DNA of 42,170 bases from Candidatus Methylomirabilota bacterium (GTDB lineage Bacteria; Methylomirabilota; Methylomirabilia; Rokubacteriales; CSP1-6): assembly GCA_035249225.1 (NCBI GenBank), contig DATFGS010000306.1, forward strand, positions 1 to 42,170, given 5' to 3'. The translations under genes were made by a program, and so were the position numbers. This document shows positions 16,356 to 24,616 of the stretch, one piece after another. Every line of letters starts with the position of its first letter. Position 1 is the stretch's first letter. The notes under the pieces were generated by a model that was not told where the DNA came from, ran no database searches, and saw only the letters and a list, made by a program, of their open reading frames with translations.

Positions 16356-17732
16356 ATGCCCCACACCCCCGCACGCACCTCTCGCATCTCCCGCCGGCGC
16401 TTCCTGGCCGGCACCGGCGTGGCGGCCGGCGCCGCCGTCATGGGCCGCGCCCCCGCGGTGATCGGCCAGCAGGTGCGCGAGCTCCAGGTCTGGCACACCG
16501 AGGCGGAGCCGCAGACCGTCAAGACCATCCAGGACACGAGCATCGCGGAGTTCGAGAAGAAGTTCCCCGGCTTCAAGGTCAAGCAGCAGGCGCTCGGCTG
16601 GGGCGACCTCAACACCAAGCTCCTCGCCTCGCTCGCGGCGGGCAACCCGCCCGACCTCACGCACCTGAACCCGTTCATGACCGCCTCGCTCTACACCAAG
16701 AACCTCCTGCGCCCGATGGACGAGCTGATCCGCTCGGTGGGGGAGAGCGATATTCACGAGGCGACCCGGAAGCTCCAGTTCTTCGACGGCAAGTACTACG
16801 GCATCACCCACGCGATGGGGGCGACCTACTTCTGCGAGCGCCGGGACCTGCGGGTGAAGAAGGGCCTGAAGGTGCCCGAGACCTACGACGACATGCTGAA
16901 GCTCTGCGCCGCCCTCACCGAGGAGGGCCGCTACGCCTTCCAGATGCCGGGCGAGAAGCTCTACATGGGCTTCATCCACCCCGCGGAGTGGCTGGCGGGC
17001 AACGGGGGGGCGTGGGTCGACGCCAAGACGTGGCGGCCCCAGCTCAACGGCAAGTCGATGCTGGAGACGCTCGACTACCTCCAGAAGCTGAACAAGTTCC
17101 AGCCGCAGGGCTGGTCGGGGCAGAAGTACCTGGACACCCAGGCCGCGCTCGCCACCGGCAAGATCGCGATGAGCTACCTCACGGGCGCGCGGGCCATCGG
17201 CTACATCGAGAAGTACGCGCCCGAGAACATGCGGGACCCCGAGCACTTCATGCCGATGCTGCGGCCGCACGGCCCGTCCGGCAAGGTCGGCATCTCCGCG
17301 CTCGACGGGGAGAACTGGGCGGTGTTCAGTCAGTCCAAGTACCCCAACGAGGCCTTCGAGTTCCTGCGGCTCTTCTACAAGAAGGAGCACTACCTGCAGT
17401 ACTGCCACTCGGTGCCGATCCACCTCACCCCGATCTTCTCCTCGATGCTCACCGACCCGGCCTACCTGGCCAACGAGCGCATCAAGAAGTGGAAGGCGTG
17501 GCACGAGGTGATGCTGACCGGGCTCAAGGGCAACCGCTTCCTGCCCCTGGGCTTCACCCGGCCCGAGGACAACCTCCTGCCCTTCCTCGCCGAGCTCGAC
17601 GGCTCGAGCATCGTGGCCGACATGGTCGTGGAGGTGATGGTGGGCGGCAAGAACCCGAAGGCGGAAGCCGATCGGGCGCAGAAGCGCGCCGAGGAGCTCC
17701 TCACCCAGCTCGGTCACAAGCGCTGGTCGTAG
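16356..17732 (+). CDS. ABC transporter extracellular solute-binding protein (sugar type) with Tat signal
   Basis: ATG at 16356 after GGAAGGAG. Tat signal SRRRFLAGTGVAAGAAVM. Confidence 0.9.
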   Translation: MPHTPARTSRISRRRFLAGTGVAAGAAVMGRAPAVIGQQVRELQVWHTEAEPQTVKTIQDTSIAEFEKKFPGFKVKQQALGWGDLNTKLLASLAAGNPPDLTHLNPFMTASLYTKNLLRPMDELIRSVGESDIHEATRKLQFFDGKYYGITHAMGATYFCERRDLRVKKGLKVPETYDDMLKLCAALTEEGRYAFQMPGEKLYMGFIHPAEWLAGNGGAWVDAKTWRPQLNGKSMLETLDYLQKLNKFQPQGWSGQKYLDTQAALATGKIAMSYLTGARAIGYIEKYAPENMRDPEHFMPMLRPHGPSGKVGISALDGENWAVFSQSKYPNEAFEFLRLFYKKEHYLQYCHSVPIHLTPIFSSMLTDPAYLANERIKKWKAWHEVMLTGLKGNRFLPLGFTRPEDNLLPFLAELDGSSIVADMVVEVMVGGKNPKAEADRAQKRAEELLTQLGHKRWS

Positions 17733-17754
17733 GCCCGGATCGCGGGCGGGGCGA

Positions 17755-18630
17755 GTGAGGAAGAGCGCGCTCGTCGGCTGGCTCCTCCTCGCCCCGTCGC
17801 TCGTCCTCCTGGGCGGGCTCGTCGTCTTTCCCGTCCTCTACAACGTCTGGCTCAGCCTCTTCGACAAGCACGCCTTCATGCCGGTGCAGGCCTTCGTGGG
17901 CCTGCGCCACTACCGGTACTTTGCGAGCGATCCCGAGTTCTGGACCAGCTTCTACTACGGCTCCGTCTACGCGGGCGCGACCATGGTGCTGCAGCTCGGG
18001 GTCGGCGTGCCCGCCGCGCTGCTGCTCAACGAGGCCTTTCGCGGACGCAACCTCCTGCGCGGCGTCGTGCTCTTCCCGTACATGATCCCCACCATCGTGG
18101 CGGTCATCCTGTGGAAGTGGCTGCTCAACGACTCCTACGGCCTCGTCAACCACCTGCTCGTCGGCGCGGGCCTCGTGCGGGCCCCGGTGGCCTGGCTGGG
18201 CCCCGACTACATCATGGCCTCGCTCATCGTCACCAGCGTGTGGCAGTTCTTCCCGTTCGTGGTGGTCACGTACCTGGCCCGGCTGCAGACGATCCCCCCC
18301 GAGCTCTACGAGGCGGCCACCGTGGACGGGGCGTCGGCGTGGCGCCGGTTCGTGCACGTCACCCTGCCCCAGACCGCGAGCGTGCTGTTCGTGATCGTGC
18401 TCCTGCGCAGCATCTGGATGTTCACCAAGTTCGACACGGTGTGGCTGCTGGCGGGCGACGGCGGGGTGAGCCGCTACATCCGCACCCTGCCGGTCTACGC
18501 CTACGCCCGCAGCTTCACCTACCTGCAGGCCGGCATGGGGGCCGCGCTCGCGGTCATCATGTTCACCATGCTGCTGGTGGCCACCGCGGTGTACTTCCGG
18601 GTGTTCCGGAGCGACGAGGTGTTCTCGTGA
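17755..18630 (+). CDS. Sugar ABC transporter permease
   Basis: 291 aa multi-TM protein with the loop YEAATVDGASAWRRF. Confidence 0.88.
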   Translation: MRKSALVGWLLLAPSLVLLGGLVVFPVLYNVWLSLFDKHAFMPVQAFVGLRHYRYFASDPEFWTSFYYGSVYAGATMVLQLGVGVPAALLLNEAFRGRNLLRGVVLFPYMIPTIVAVILWKWLLNDSYGLVNHLLVGAGLVRAPVAWLGPDYIMASLIVTSVWQFFPFVVVTYLARLQTIPPELYEAATVDGASAWRRFVHVTLPQTASVLFVIVLLRSIWMFTKFDTVWLLAGDGGVSRYIRTLPVYAYARSFTYLQAGMGAALAVIMFTMLLVATAVYFRVFRSDEVFS

Positions 18631-19442
18631 GGCGCGCGATCGGCCTCTACGGCGCGGGCGCGGTGCTGCTGATCGGGGCCGCCTTCCCGTTCCTCTGGAT
18701 GCTCTCGACCGCGCTCAAGCCCTCCGGCGAGATCTTCGCGACCCCGCGCCTCGTGCCGCTGCATCCCACCCTGGAGAACTTCTCCCGCCTCTTCGCGGAG
18801 ACGAGCTTCCTCGCGTTCTTCCGCAACAGCCTCGTGGTGGCCGGCGCCACCGTGCTGCTGACCCTCACCGTGTCCGCCCTCGGCGCCTACGGCCTCACCC
18901 GGTATCGCTTTCGCGGGCGCGAGAGCGTCGCGGGCCTCATCCTGTTGACCTACATGTTCGCGCCCATCATGATCATCATCCCCTTCTACATCCTGGTGCG
19001 GCAGCTCGGGATCGTGAACACGCGCCTGGCCCTCGTGCTCTCCTACACCACCTTCTGCCTGCCCTTCTGCCTGTGGGTGCTCCGCGCGTTCTTCCAGTCG
19101 ATCCCGCTCGAGCTGGAGGAGGCGGCCCTCGTGGACGGGGCCGGCCGGGGGAAGACGGTCTGGTACGTGGTGCTGCCTCTCGCCCTGCCCGGGCTGATCG
19201 CGGCCGCGATCTTCACCTTCATCCTGGCCTGGAACGACTTCCTCTTCGCGCTGGTGCTGATCACCTCCGAGGAGCTGAAGACGCTGCCGGTGGGCGTCAA
19301 CGACCTCTTCAACGCCACCATCGTGGACTGGGGGATGATCATGGCGGCGGGCGTGATGATCACGGTGCCCACCGTCGGCTTCTTCGTGGCGGTGCAGCGC
19401 TACCTCGTGCAGGGCTGGGGCGCGGGCGGCGTGAAGGGCTGA
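18627..19442 (+). CDS. Sugar ABC transporter permease
   Basis: GTG at 18627 overlaps the upstream TGA (GTGA). Loop LEEAALVDGAGRGK. Confidence 0.88.
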   Translation: MRRAIGLYGAGAVLLIGAAFPFLWMLSTALKPSGEIFATPRLVPLHPTLENFSRLFAETSFLAFFRNSLVVAGATVLLTLTVSALGAYGLTRYRFRGRESVAGLILLTYMFAPIMIIIPFYILVRQLGIVNTRLALVLSYTTFCLPFCLWVLRAFFQSIPLELEEAALVDGAGRGKTVWYVVLPLALPGLIAAAIFTFILAWNDFLFALVLITSEELKTLPVGVNDLFNATIVDWGMIMAAGVMITVPTVGFFVAVQRYLVQGWGAGGVKG

Positions 19443-19451
19443 CCCGCGCGA

Positions 19452-19847
19452 TCAGCGCGGGCGCGGGGGGCGCCGCGCGAACGGCGAGGGCTCGTCCCGC
19501 AGGAGCTCGCGGACCCGCTCCAGGAGGATCTCCGGCGTGAAGGGCTTGGCGAGGAAGGGATGCCCGGACGCGGTGATCTCGGCGACCTTGTACGCGGACA
19601 TGAGCAGCACCTTGGCGGACGGTACCACCGCGAGCAGCCGCTGGGCCAGCTCGGTGCCCCGCATCAGGGGCATCACCACGTCGGTGAGCAGCAGGTCCAC
19701 GTGCTGCTGGCCCGCGAGACGCAGCGCCTGGTTGGGATCCTCGGCGTCCAGCACGAGGTAGCCGGCGCCGGTCAGCATCTGGCGCACCACCGTGCGGATG
19801 TCCTCCTCGTCGTCCACCACCAGGATCGTCTGGCGCGGGGCCGGCAT
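19452..19847 (-). CDS. Single-domain response regulator (CheY-like receiver)
   Basis: ILVVDDEEDIR...LLLTDVVMP...KPF covers the receiver acidic pocket, phospho-Asp and conserved Lys. There is no output domain. Confidence 0.88.
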   Translation of the reverse strand: MPAPRQTILVVDDEEDIRTVVRQMLTGAGYLVLDAEDPNQALRLAGQQHVDLLLTDVVMPLMRGTELAQRLLAVVPSAKVLLMSAYKVAEITASGHPFLAKPFTPEILLERVRELLRDEPSPFARRPPRPR

Positions 19848-19851
19848 CCCG

Positions 19852-20724
19852 TCACCGTGCCCGCAGCCGGTACCACGGGTGCGGCCGGCCGGGGACCTTG
19901 GCGCGCAGCGTGTAGACGGACGTGCGCGCGGTGAAGAACAGCGTCCGCAGGTCGGGGCCGCCGAAGGCCAGGTTGGCGGGCACCTCCGGCGTGCGGATGA
20001 TCCCGAGCCGCGTGCCGTCGGGCGCGAAGACCCACGTGCCTCCCGGGCCGGTGCAATAGACGCGGCCCTCGACGTCCACCTTCATGCCGTCGGGCACGCC
20101 GTCGGTCTCGTCGGAGGACATGTCGGCGAAGATGCCCCGCCGCAGCACGCGGCCCTCGGCGTCGAGGTCGAGCACGTGGATGTACTGCGCCCAGCGCGTG
20201 TTGGCCACGTAGAGCCGCCGCTCGTCGGTCGAGAAGGCGAGCCCGTTCGGGTACTCGAAGTCGGCCACCAGGCTGACCGCGCCGTCGGGGGCGACCCGGT
20301 AGACGCCGGCGTGCGGCACCTCGCGCTCCGCGAGCGGCACCCGCAGGCCGGGATCGGTGAAGTAGATGCTCCCGTCGGAGCGGCACACCACGTCGTTGGG
20401 CCGGTTCAGGCGCTTGCCCTCGAACCGGTCCATGAGCACCTCGAAGCGGCCGTCGGCGGCCTGGCGGGTGACGCGCCGGTTGTCGCCCTCGCAGAGGATC
20501 AGCCGGCCCTGGAGGTCGAACGTGGTGCCGTTGCCGCCGCCGGTCTTCTCCCGCACGACCTCGTGCGGGCGGCCCGGGGTGACCCGGTACAGCATGCTCG
20601 CGCGCACGTCCACGAAGTAGTAGAACCCGTCGGGGTGCCAGAGCGGGCCCTCGGTGAAGACGAAGCCGGTCGCCAGGCGCTCCGCCTGGGTCGTCTCGAG
20701 AACCGCAGACATCGCATCGGCCAT
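19852..20724 (-). CDS. SMP-30/gluconolactonase/LRE family protein
   Basis: ATG at 20724 after GGAGGTG. EGPLWHPDGFYYFVD, NRPNDVV and PDGMKVD are typical beta-propeller lactonase motifs. Stop lies 4 nt before the regulator gene. Confidence 0.88.
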   Translation of the reverse strand: MADAMSAVLETTQAERLATGFVFTEGPLWHPDGFYYFVDVRASMLYRVTPGRPHEVVREKTGGGNGTTFDLQGRLILCEGDNRRVTRQAADGRFEVLMDRFEGKRLNRPNDVVCRSDGSIYFTDPGLRVPLAEREVPHAGVYRVAPDGAVSLVADFEYPNGLAFSTDERRLYVANTRWAQYIHVLDLDAEGRVLRRGIFADMSSDETDGVPDGMKVDVEGRVYCTGPGGTWVFAPDGTRLGIIRTPEVPANLAFGGPDLRTLFFTARTSVYTLRAKVPGRPHPWYRLRAR

Positions 20725-20738
20725 GGCCACCTCCGGCT

Positions 20739-20764
20739 GGGGGTCAGGTCTTGCATTCCGACAC
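20739..20764 (-). repeat. Short-form copy A of the CGGAATG..AAGACCTGACCCC element
   Basis: The minus strand reads TGTCGGAATGCAAGACCTGACCCCC. GACCCC is followed by exactly 15 nt and then the ATG at 20724. Confidence 0.7.
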
Positions 20765-20774
20765 TCGCGAGCGG

Positions 20775-20783
20775 TGCTAGATT
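20775..20783 (+). promoter_or_regulatory. Extended -10 promoter candidate (TGcTAGATT)
   Basis: TGCTAGATT sits in the centre of the divergent intergenic region, about 90 nt upstream of the ATG at 20871. Confidence 0.35.
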
Positions 20784-20825
20784 CGCACAAACCGTCGCCG
20801 TTCGCTCCGCGGAAGGCCGACCGTG

Positions 20826-20855
20826 CCGGAATGTCGTAATGTAAGACCTGACCCC
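20826..20855 (+). repeat. Long-form copy B of the CGGAATG..AAGACCTGACCCC element
   Basis: CCGGAATGTCGTAATGTAAGACCTGACCCC. GACCCC is followed by exactly 15 nt and then the ATG at 20871. 27 of 30 nt are identical to copy C. Confidence 0.7.
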
Positions 20856-20870
20856 AGGAGGGGGGTGGCC

Positions 20871-21914
20871 ATGAAAACGATCGTTGCGCTGCCGGGTGAA
20901 GGGATCGGTCCCGAGGTGGTGGACGCCACCTGCGAGCTGCTGATGGGCACCGGGCTGCCGCTCAAGATCCTCACGCCGCCGCAGGGCTCGCCCCTGCCCG
21001 AGGCGACCAAGCGCGCGGCCCGCGAGGCCGACGGCGTGCTCTTCGGCGCGGCGGGCCCCTCGACCTCGCTCGTGGTCTCGTGGCTCCGCTGGGAGATGGC
21101 CGCGTGGGCCGGGGTGCGGCCGATCCGCTTCTTCCCGGGGATGCGCTCGCCGCTGGCCGAGCCCGACGGCATCGACTACGTGCTGCTGCGCGAGAACAGC
21201 GAGGGCATCTACCCGGGGCGCGAGGGCGACCTGGCCGAGATCGTGCGGCTCCTGCCGAACCTCTCGGACCGGACCGGGAAGACCCTGAAGGACTTCGGCA
21301 CCGAGGGCCGCTTCGCGGTGAAGGTGGTCACCCCGCGCGGAGCCGAGCGCATCGGCCGCTTCGCGTGCGACCTGGCGCGCCGGCGGCAGAAGCGCGGCAA
21401 GCCGGGCAAGATCACGCTGGTGACCAAGTCGAACGTGCTGCCGCGCACCGACGGGCTCTACGACGAGATCGTCGGCCGCATCGTGCGCGAGGCCGGGCTG
21501 CCGTTCGAGCACTTCCACGTGGACGACGCCGCGCGGCGCCTCGTGCGCTTCCCGAAGGCGATGGACGTGGTGCTGTGCATGAACCTCTACGGCGACATCC
21601 TCTCCGACCTCGGCGCGGAGACCGCGGGCGGCCTCGGGCTCGCGCCGTCCGGCAACTTCGGCGACGGCTGGGCCTACTTCGAGTCCGTCCACGGCTCGGC
21701 GCCCGACATCGCGGGCAAGGGCATCGCGAATCCCACCGCGACGATCCTGTCCGCGGCGCTGATGCTGGAACACATGGGGATGAGCGCGGAGGCGCAGCGC
21801 CTGGAGGCCGCGGTGGGCCGCGTCTACCGCGACGGCAAGGTGCTCACCCCCGACCAGGGCGGCGCCGCGAAGACGCGGGAGGTCGCGCAGGCGGTCCTGG
21901 GCGCGTACACATGA
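20871..21914 (+). CDS. Isocitrate/isopropylmalate dehydrogenase family protein (tartrate/IPMDH-like)
   Basis: ATG at 20871. N-terminus [16 protein letters not shown], then NLYGDILSD and the [15 protein letters not shown] motifs. Confidence 0.88.
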   Translation: MKTIVALPGEGIGPEVVDATCELLMGTGLPLKILTPPQGSPLPEATKRAAREADGVLFGAAGPSTSLVVSWLRWEMAAWAGVRPIRFFPGMRSPLAEPDGIDYVLLRENSEGIYPGREGDLAEIVRLLPNLSDRTGKTLKDFGTEGRFAVKVVTPRGAERIGRFACDLARRRQKRGKPGKITLVTKSNVLPRTDGLYDEIVGRIVREAGLPFEHFHVDDAARRLVRFPKAMDVVLCMNLYGDILSDLGAETAGGLGLAPSGNFGDGWAYFESVHGSAPDIAGKGIANPTATILSAALMLEHMGMSAEAQRLEAAVGRVYRDGKVLTPDQGGAAKTREVAQAVLGAYT

Positions 21915-21945
21915 CCTGCTTCTCTGAAGAGCGAAGGAGTTCGAC

Positions 21946-22602
21946 ATGACGACGACCGACTTCCGCCCGCCCGTCGCACCGGGCGAGCCCGCCCCCGACT
22001 TCACGCTCCCGGCCATCGAGCGGCCGGAGACCGTCTCGCTCGCCGATTTCCGCGGCCGCAGCTCCGTCTTCCTCGCCCTGTTCGTGGGGCTCTGGTGCCC
22101 GTTCTGCCGGCGGTCGATCGCGCAGCTGGGCAAGGTCGAGAGCAAGCTCCAGACGCTCGGCGTGCAGGCCCTCGGCATCGTGGCCACCCCGCTCGACAAC
22201 GCGCGGCTCTACTTCAAGTTCCGGCCTACGCGGCTGCACCTGGCCTCCGACCCGGAGATGTCCACGCACCGCGCGTATCGCCTGCCGAAGCCGGCGCCGA
22301 CCCCGGAGTTCCTGAAGGACCTGGATGCGGCCCGGATCAATCCCTTCGGGGACTTTCCCGCGCCGCTCCCGGTCGGGGAAGCCGCGATGACCATCGCGAA
22401 GCAGGACGGTTACGCGGAGAACGCGATCGACAAGACCGACATGGACCGCCAGTGGCCGCAGCTCAAGGGCCAGTTCCTGATCGACCGCGACGGCATCGTC
22501 CGCTGGGCCAACGTGGAGTGCCTCGCCGAGGGCGCCGCGGGCGTCGGCAAGTTCCCCTCGGAGGAGGAGATCCTCGCCGCCGCCCGCGCCCTGCCGCGCT
22601 GA
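21946..22602 (+). CDS. Peroxiredoxin-like/redoxin thioredoxin-fold protein
   Basis: APDFTLP...FVGLWCPFCRR is an AhpC/TSA-type N-terminus with a CxxC. 218 aa. Confidence 0.8.
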   Translation: MTTTDFRPPVAPGEPAPDFTLPAIERPETVSLADFRGRSSVFLALFVGLWCPFCRRSIAQLGKVESKLQTLGVQALGIVATPLDNARLYFKFRPTRLHLASDPEMSTHRAYRLPKPAPTPEFLKDLDAARINPFGDFPAPLPVGEAAMTIAKQDGYAENAIDKTDMDRQWPQLKGQFLIDRDGIVRWANVECLAEGAAGVGKFPSEEEILAAARALPR

Positions 22603-22608
22603 CGAGAC

Positions 22609-22923
22609 CTAGCGGGTCTGCGCGTCGTGCTTCTGCTTGTAGATGCGCTTGCTCTGCACGTCCTGCGCGTGCTCGAGCCGGGCCTTCTCCTTGGCGGTGA
22701 CGACTCCGTCGGCCTGAGCCTTCGTCTCGAGCTTCTCGACGTGCCGCTGGCCCCGCTCGAGCTTGCGGGTTTCCCGCGGGGTCAGCGCGCCGGACTTGAC
22801 GCCCTGGTCGATCCGCTGCTCCTGGCGCTCCTGCCGGCGATCCACACGCGTTTCCTGGGCGAAGGCCGGGGCGGCGACGGCGAGCGCGACGATCCCGATG
22901 ACCGCGACTTTGACCACGTGCAT
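22609..22923 (-). CDS. Small periplasmic protein (104 aa) with internal duplication
   Basis: Signal peptide MHVVKVAVIGIVALAVAAPAFA. Two related segments are GALTPRETRKLERGQRHVEKLE and GVVTAKEKARLEHAQDVQSKRI. RBS AGGAGGAA. Confidence 0.75.
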   Translation of the reverse strand: MHVVKVAVIGIVALAVAAPAFAQETRVDRRQERQEQRIDQGVKSGALTPRETRKLERGQRHVEKLETKAQADGVVTAKEKARLEHAQDVQSKRIYKQKHDAQTR

Positions 22924-22992
22924 TGGACGGTTCCTCCTGGTGACGGGGTGGGGCCGGGACCGGCCCTGTCAACTATTGTCCGTCAGACGGAT

Positions 22993-23299
22993 TTACGCCC
23001 GGGGCCGTTTACACGGGGCCGGTCCCTCCACGGTCATGCCGGTGAAGCGCCACTCCGAGAGGCCGCGGTCGCCCGCGACGAGGTGGCGTGCCTCCGCGAA
23101 GCGCGCGTCGGGAAACACCTCCGAACATCGGCGCGAACGCCCGGCGCCCGCGCTCGCGCCCGGCGTGGCGCGTGCCGCACGTCTCGGGGCCCTCGGTGGA
23201 TTCGAAGACACAGTCCTCGGCCATGAAGGTCATCAGCAGGTCGACGTCGTGACGGTTCCAGCCTCGCTCGAAGAACGCGTGCAGATCGTCGATGGTCAT
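22993..23299 (-). pseudogene. SnoaL-like (NTF2 superfamily) gene, frameshifted and 3'-truncated
   Basis: The N-terminal part MTIDDLHAFFERGWNRHDVDLLMTFMAEDCVFES...AFAPMF is in the frame of ORF 23009..23338. The continuation EVFPDARFAEARHLVAGDRGLSEWRFTGMTVEG is in the frame of ORF 22993..23211. The junction is near 23122. The protein ends about 30 aa short of a typical SnoaL fold. Confidence 0.7.
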
Positions 23300-23364
23300 C
23301 GTGCCATACATCCATGCGACCACCCGCAGCGGTCCCACATCTTGCGTCCCGGTCGGAGGATTTC

Positions 23365-24345
23365 ATGACCATTCGCATCGCCGCCATCGAGGTCGGGCAC
23401 TGGCACGCCGTGCACGACGCCGCCTATCTCCGCCATCTCACCGCGATGCCCGACGTGGCCCTGGTCGGCGTGCAGGACAGCGACGCCGCGCTGGCGAGGA
23501 AGCGCGCGGGGGAGGTGGGCGACCCGCCCGCCTTCACCGACTACCCCCGGATGCTGGCGGAGACGAAGCCCGACTTCGTGCTGGGCCTGGGACGCCACCG
23601 GCAGATGGCGAAGATCGCCCACGACCTGCTCGACCGCGGCCTGCCGTTCATGATGGAGAAGCCGATGGGGATCGACGCCGCCGAGGTCCAATCCATCGCG
23701 GAGAAGGCGGCGCGCCTGAAGGGCTACGCGGCGGTGCCGCTCTTCCAGCGCTACCAGCCCTTCGCGGTCCGGGCCCGCCAGCTCCTGGCCGAGGGGCGCT
23801 TCGGCCCCGTGTCCCACATCTACGTCCGCCTCAACCGGCCCGCGCCCGCGCGCTACCCGGCCTGGGACTCGGCGTGGATGCTCGACCCGGCGGAGGCGGG
23901 CGGCGGCTGCCTCCGCAACCTGGGCTCGCACGGGCTCGACATGTTCCTGTACCTGACCGGCGAGGACGCGCGGGTGACCGGCGCCCAGATCAGCAGCCGC
24001 GCCCACGGCCAGCGCGTGGAGGACTACGCCTCGGTGCTGCTGCGCTCCACCACCGGGATCCTGGGCACCGTCGAGGTCGGCAACGGCTTCCCGCGGGTAG
24101 GCACCGACGGCGAGTGGAAGATCGCCGGGCGCGACGCCATCCTGACCCTGAAGGACGGCGTGCTGAAGCTGGCCGCCGCCCAGGGCGACGAGACCACGCC
24201 GGCCCCGGACAGCGACGCGCGCTATTTCGGAGCGATCCGCGACATCCTGGAATCCTGGCAGCGCGGCGCGGCGCCCCCGATCAGCGTGCACGACTGCCTG
24301 CGCGCGGTGCAGCTCATCGACCAGGCCTACGCGCTCGCCAGGTAA
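23365..24345 (+). CDS. Gfo/Idh/MocA family oxidoreductase
   Basis: ATG at 23365 after GGAGGA. EKP motif (FMMEKPMG). 326 aa. Confidence 0.82.
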   Translation: MTIRIAAIEVGHWHAVHDAAYLRHLTAMPDVALVGVQDSDAALARKRAGEVGDPPAFTDYPRMLAETKPDFVLGLGRHRQMAKIAHDLLDRGLPFMMEKPMGIDAAEVQSIAEKAARLKGYAAVPLFQRYQPFAVRARQLLAEGRFGPVSHIYVRLNRPAPARYPAWDSAWMLDPAEAGGGCLRNLGSHGLDMFLYLTGEDARVTGAQISSRAHGQRVEDYASVLLRSTTGILGTVEVGNGFPRVGTDGEWKIAGRDAILTLKDGVLKLAAAQGDETTPAPDSDARYFGAIRDILESWQRGAAPPISVHDCLRAVQLIDQAYALAR

Positions 24346-24415
24346 GAATCTCCGGGCTCACGCATCCGGAACCCGTCGGCCTGCATCCCAGTTGATGTAG
24401 CGGACGGAGGGCGGA

Positions 24416-24616
24416 ATGACGACCCGGAAGATTCTACTCGGCGTGTTGCTCCTGGCGGCCACCTGCGGCCTCTTCAGCGCGTGCAGCACCATGCCGCAGG
24501 GCCCGACCTACACCGACGCCGAGCTCAAGGCGATGTGCGAGCGCCGGGGCGGCTGGTGGCGGGGCGAGCTGATCGCGGGCTTCTGCGAGTTCCAGTCGGC
24601 CTCACTGGCGCCCTGA
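24416..24616 (+). CDS. Small lipoprotein (66 aa)
   Basis: Signal peptide with lipobox LFSAC. RBS GGAGGG. Two further Cys residues. Confidence 0.65.
   Translation: MTTRKILLGVLLLAATCGLFSACSTMPQGPTYTDAELKAMCERRGGWWRGELIAGFCEFQSASLAP

Noticed and set aside
12044-17717. Very long ORFs in alternative frames or strands: 12044..14410 minus (788 aa), 12313..14901 plus (862 aa) and 14784..17717 minus (977 aa). Similar ones lie at 32953..35325 minus and 33720..36137 plus.
   Set aside because: They are Arg/Pro/Gly/Ala/His-rich shadow ORFs typical of about 70% GC DNA. They overlap genes with clear family motifs (liv operon, sugar binding protein, CoxL-like), lack RBS or motif support, and have the wrong GC3 pattern.
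61-19442. The two sugar ABC loci (61-3250 and 16356-19442) lack ATPase genes.
   Set aside because: This is common for CUT1-type importers, which share an unlinked MsiK/MalK-like ATPase. It is not unusual in itself.
20725-20870. N-terminal extensions reading through the repeat element, translated ECRNARPDP and ECRNVRPDP in ORFs 19852..20790 and 20823..21914. This might suggest a conserved coding leader peptide.
   Set aside because: Both protein families start at the downstream ATG ([16 protein letters not shown] is a canonical IPMDH-family N-terminus). Each ATG has its own strong SD. The similarity is better explained by a shared non-coding element.
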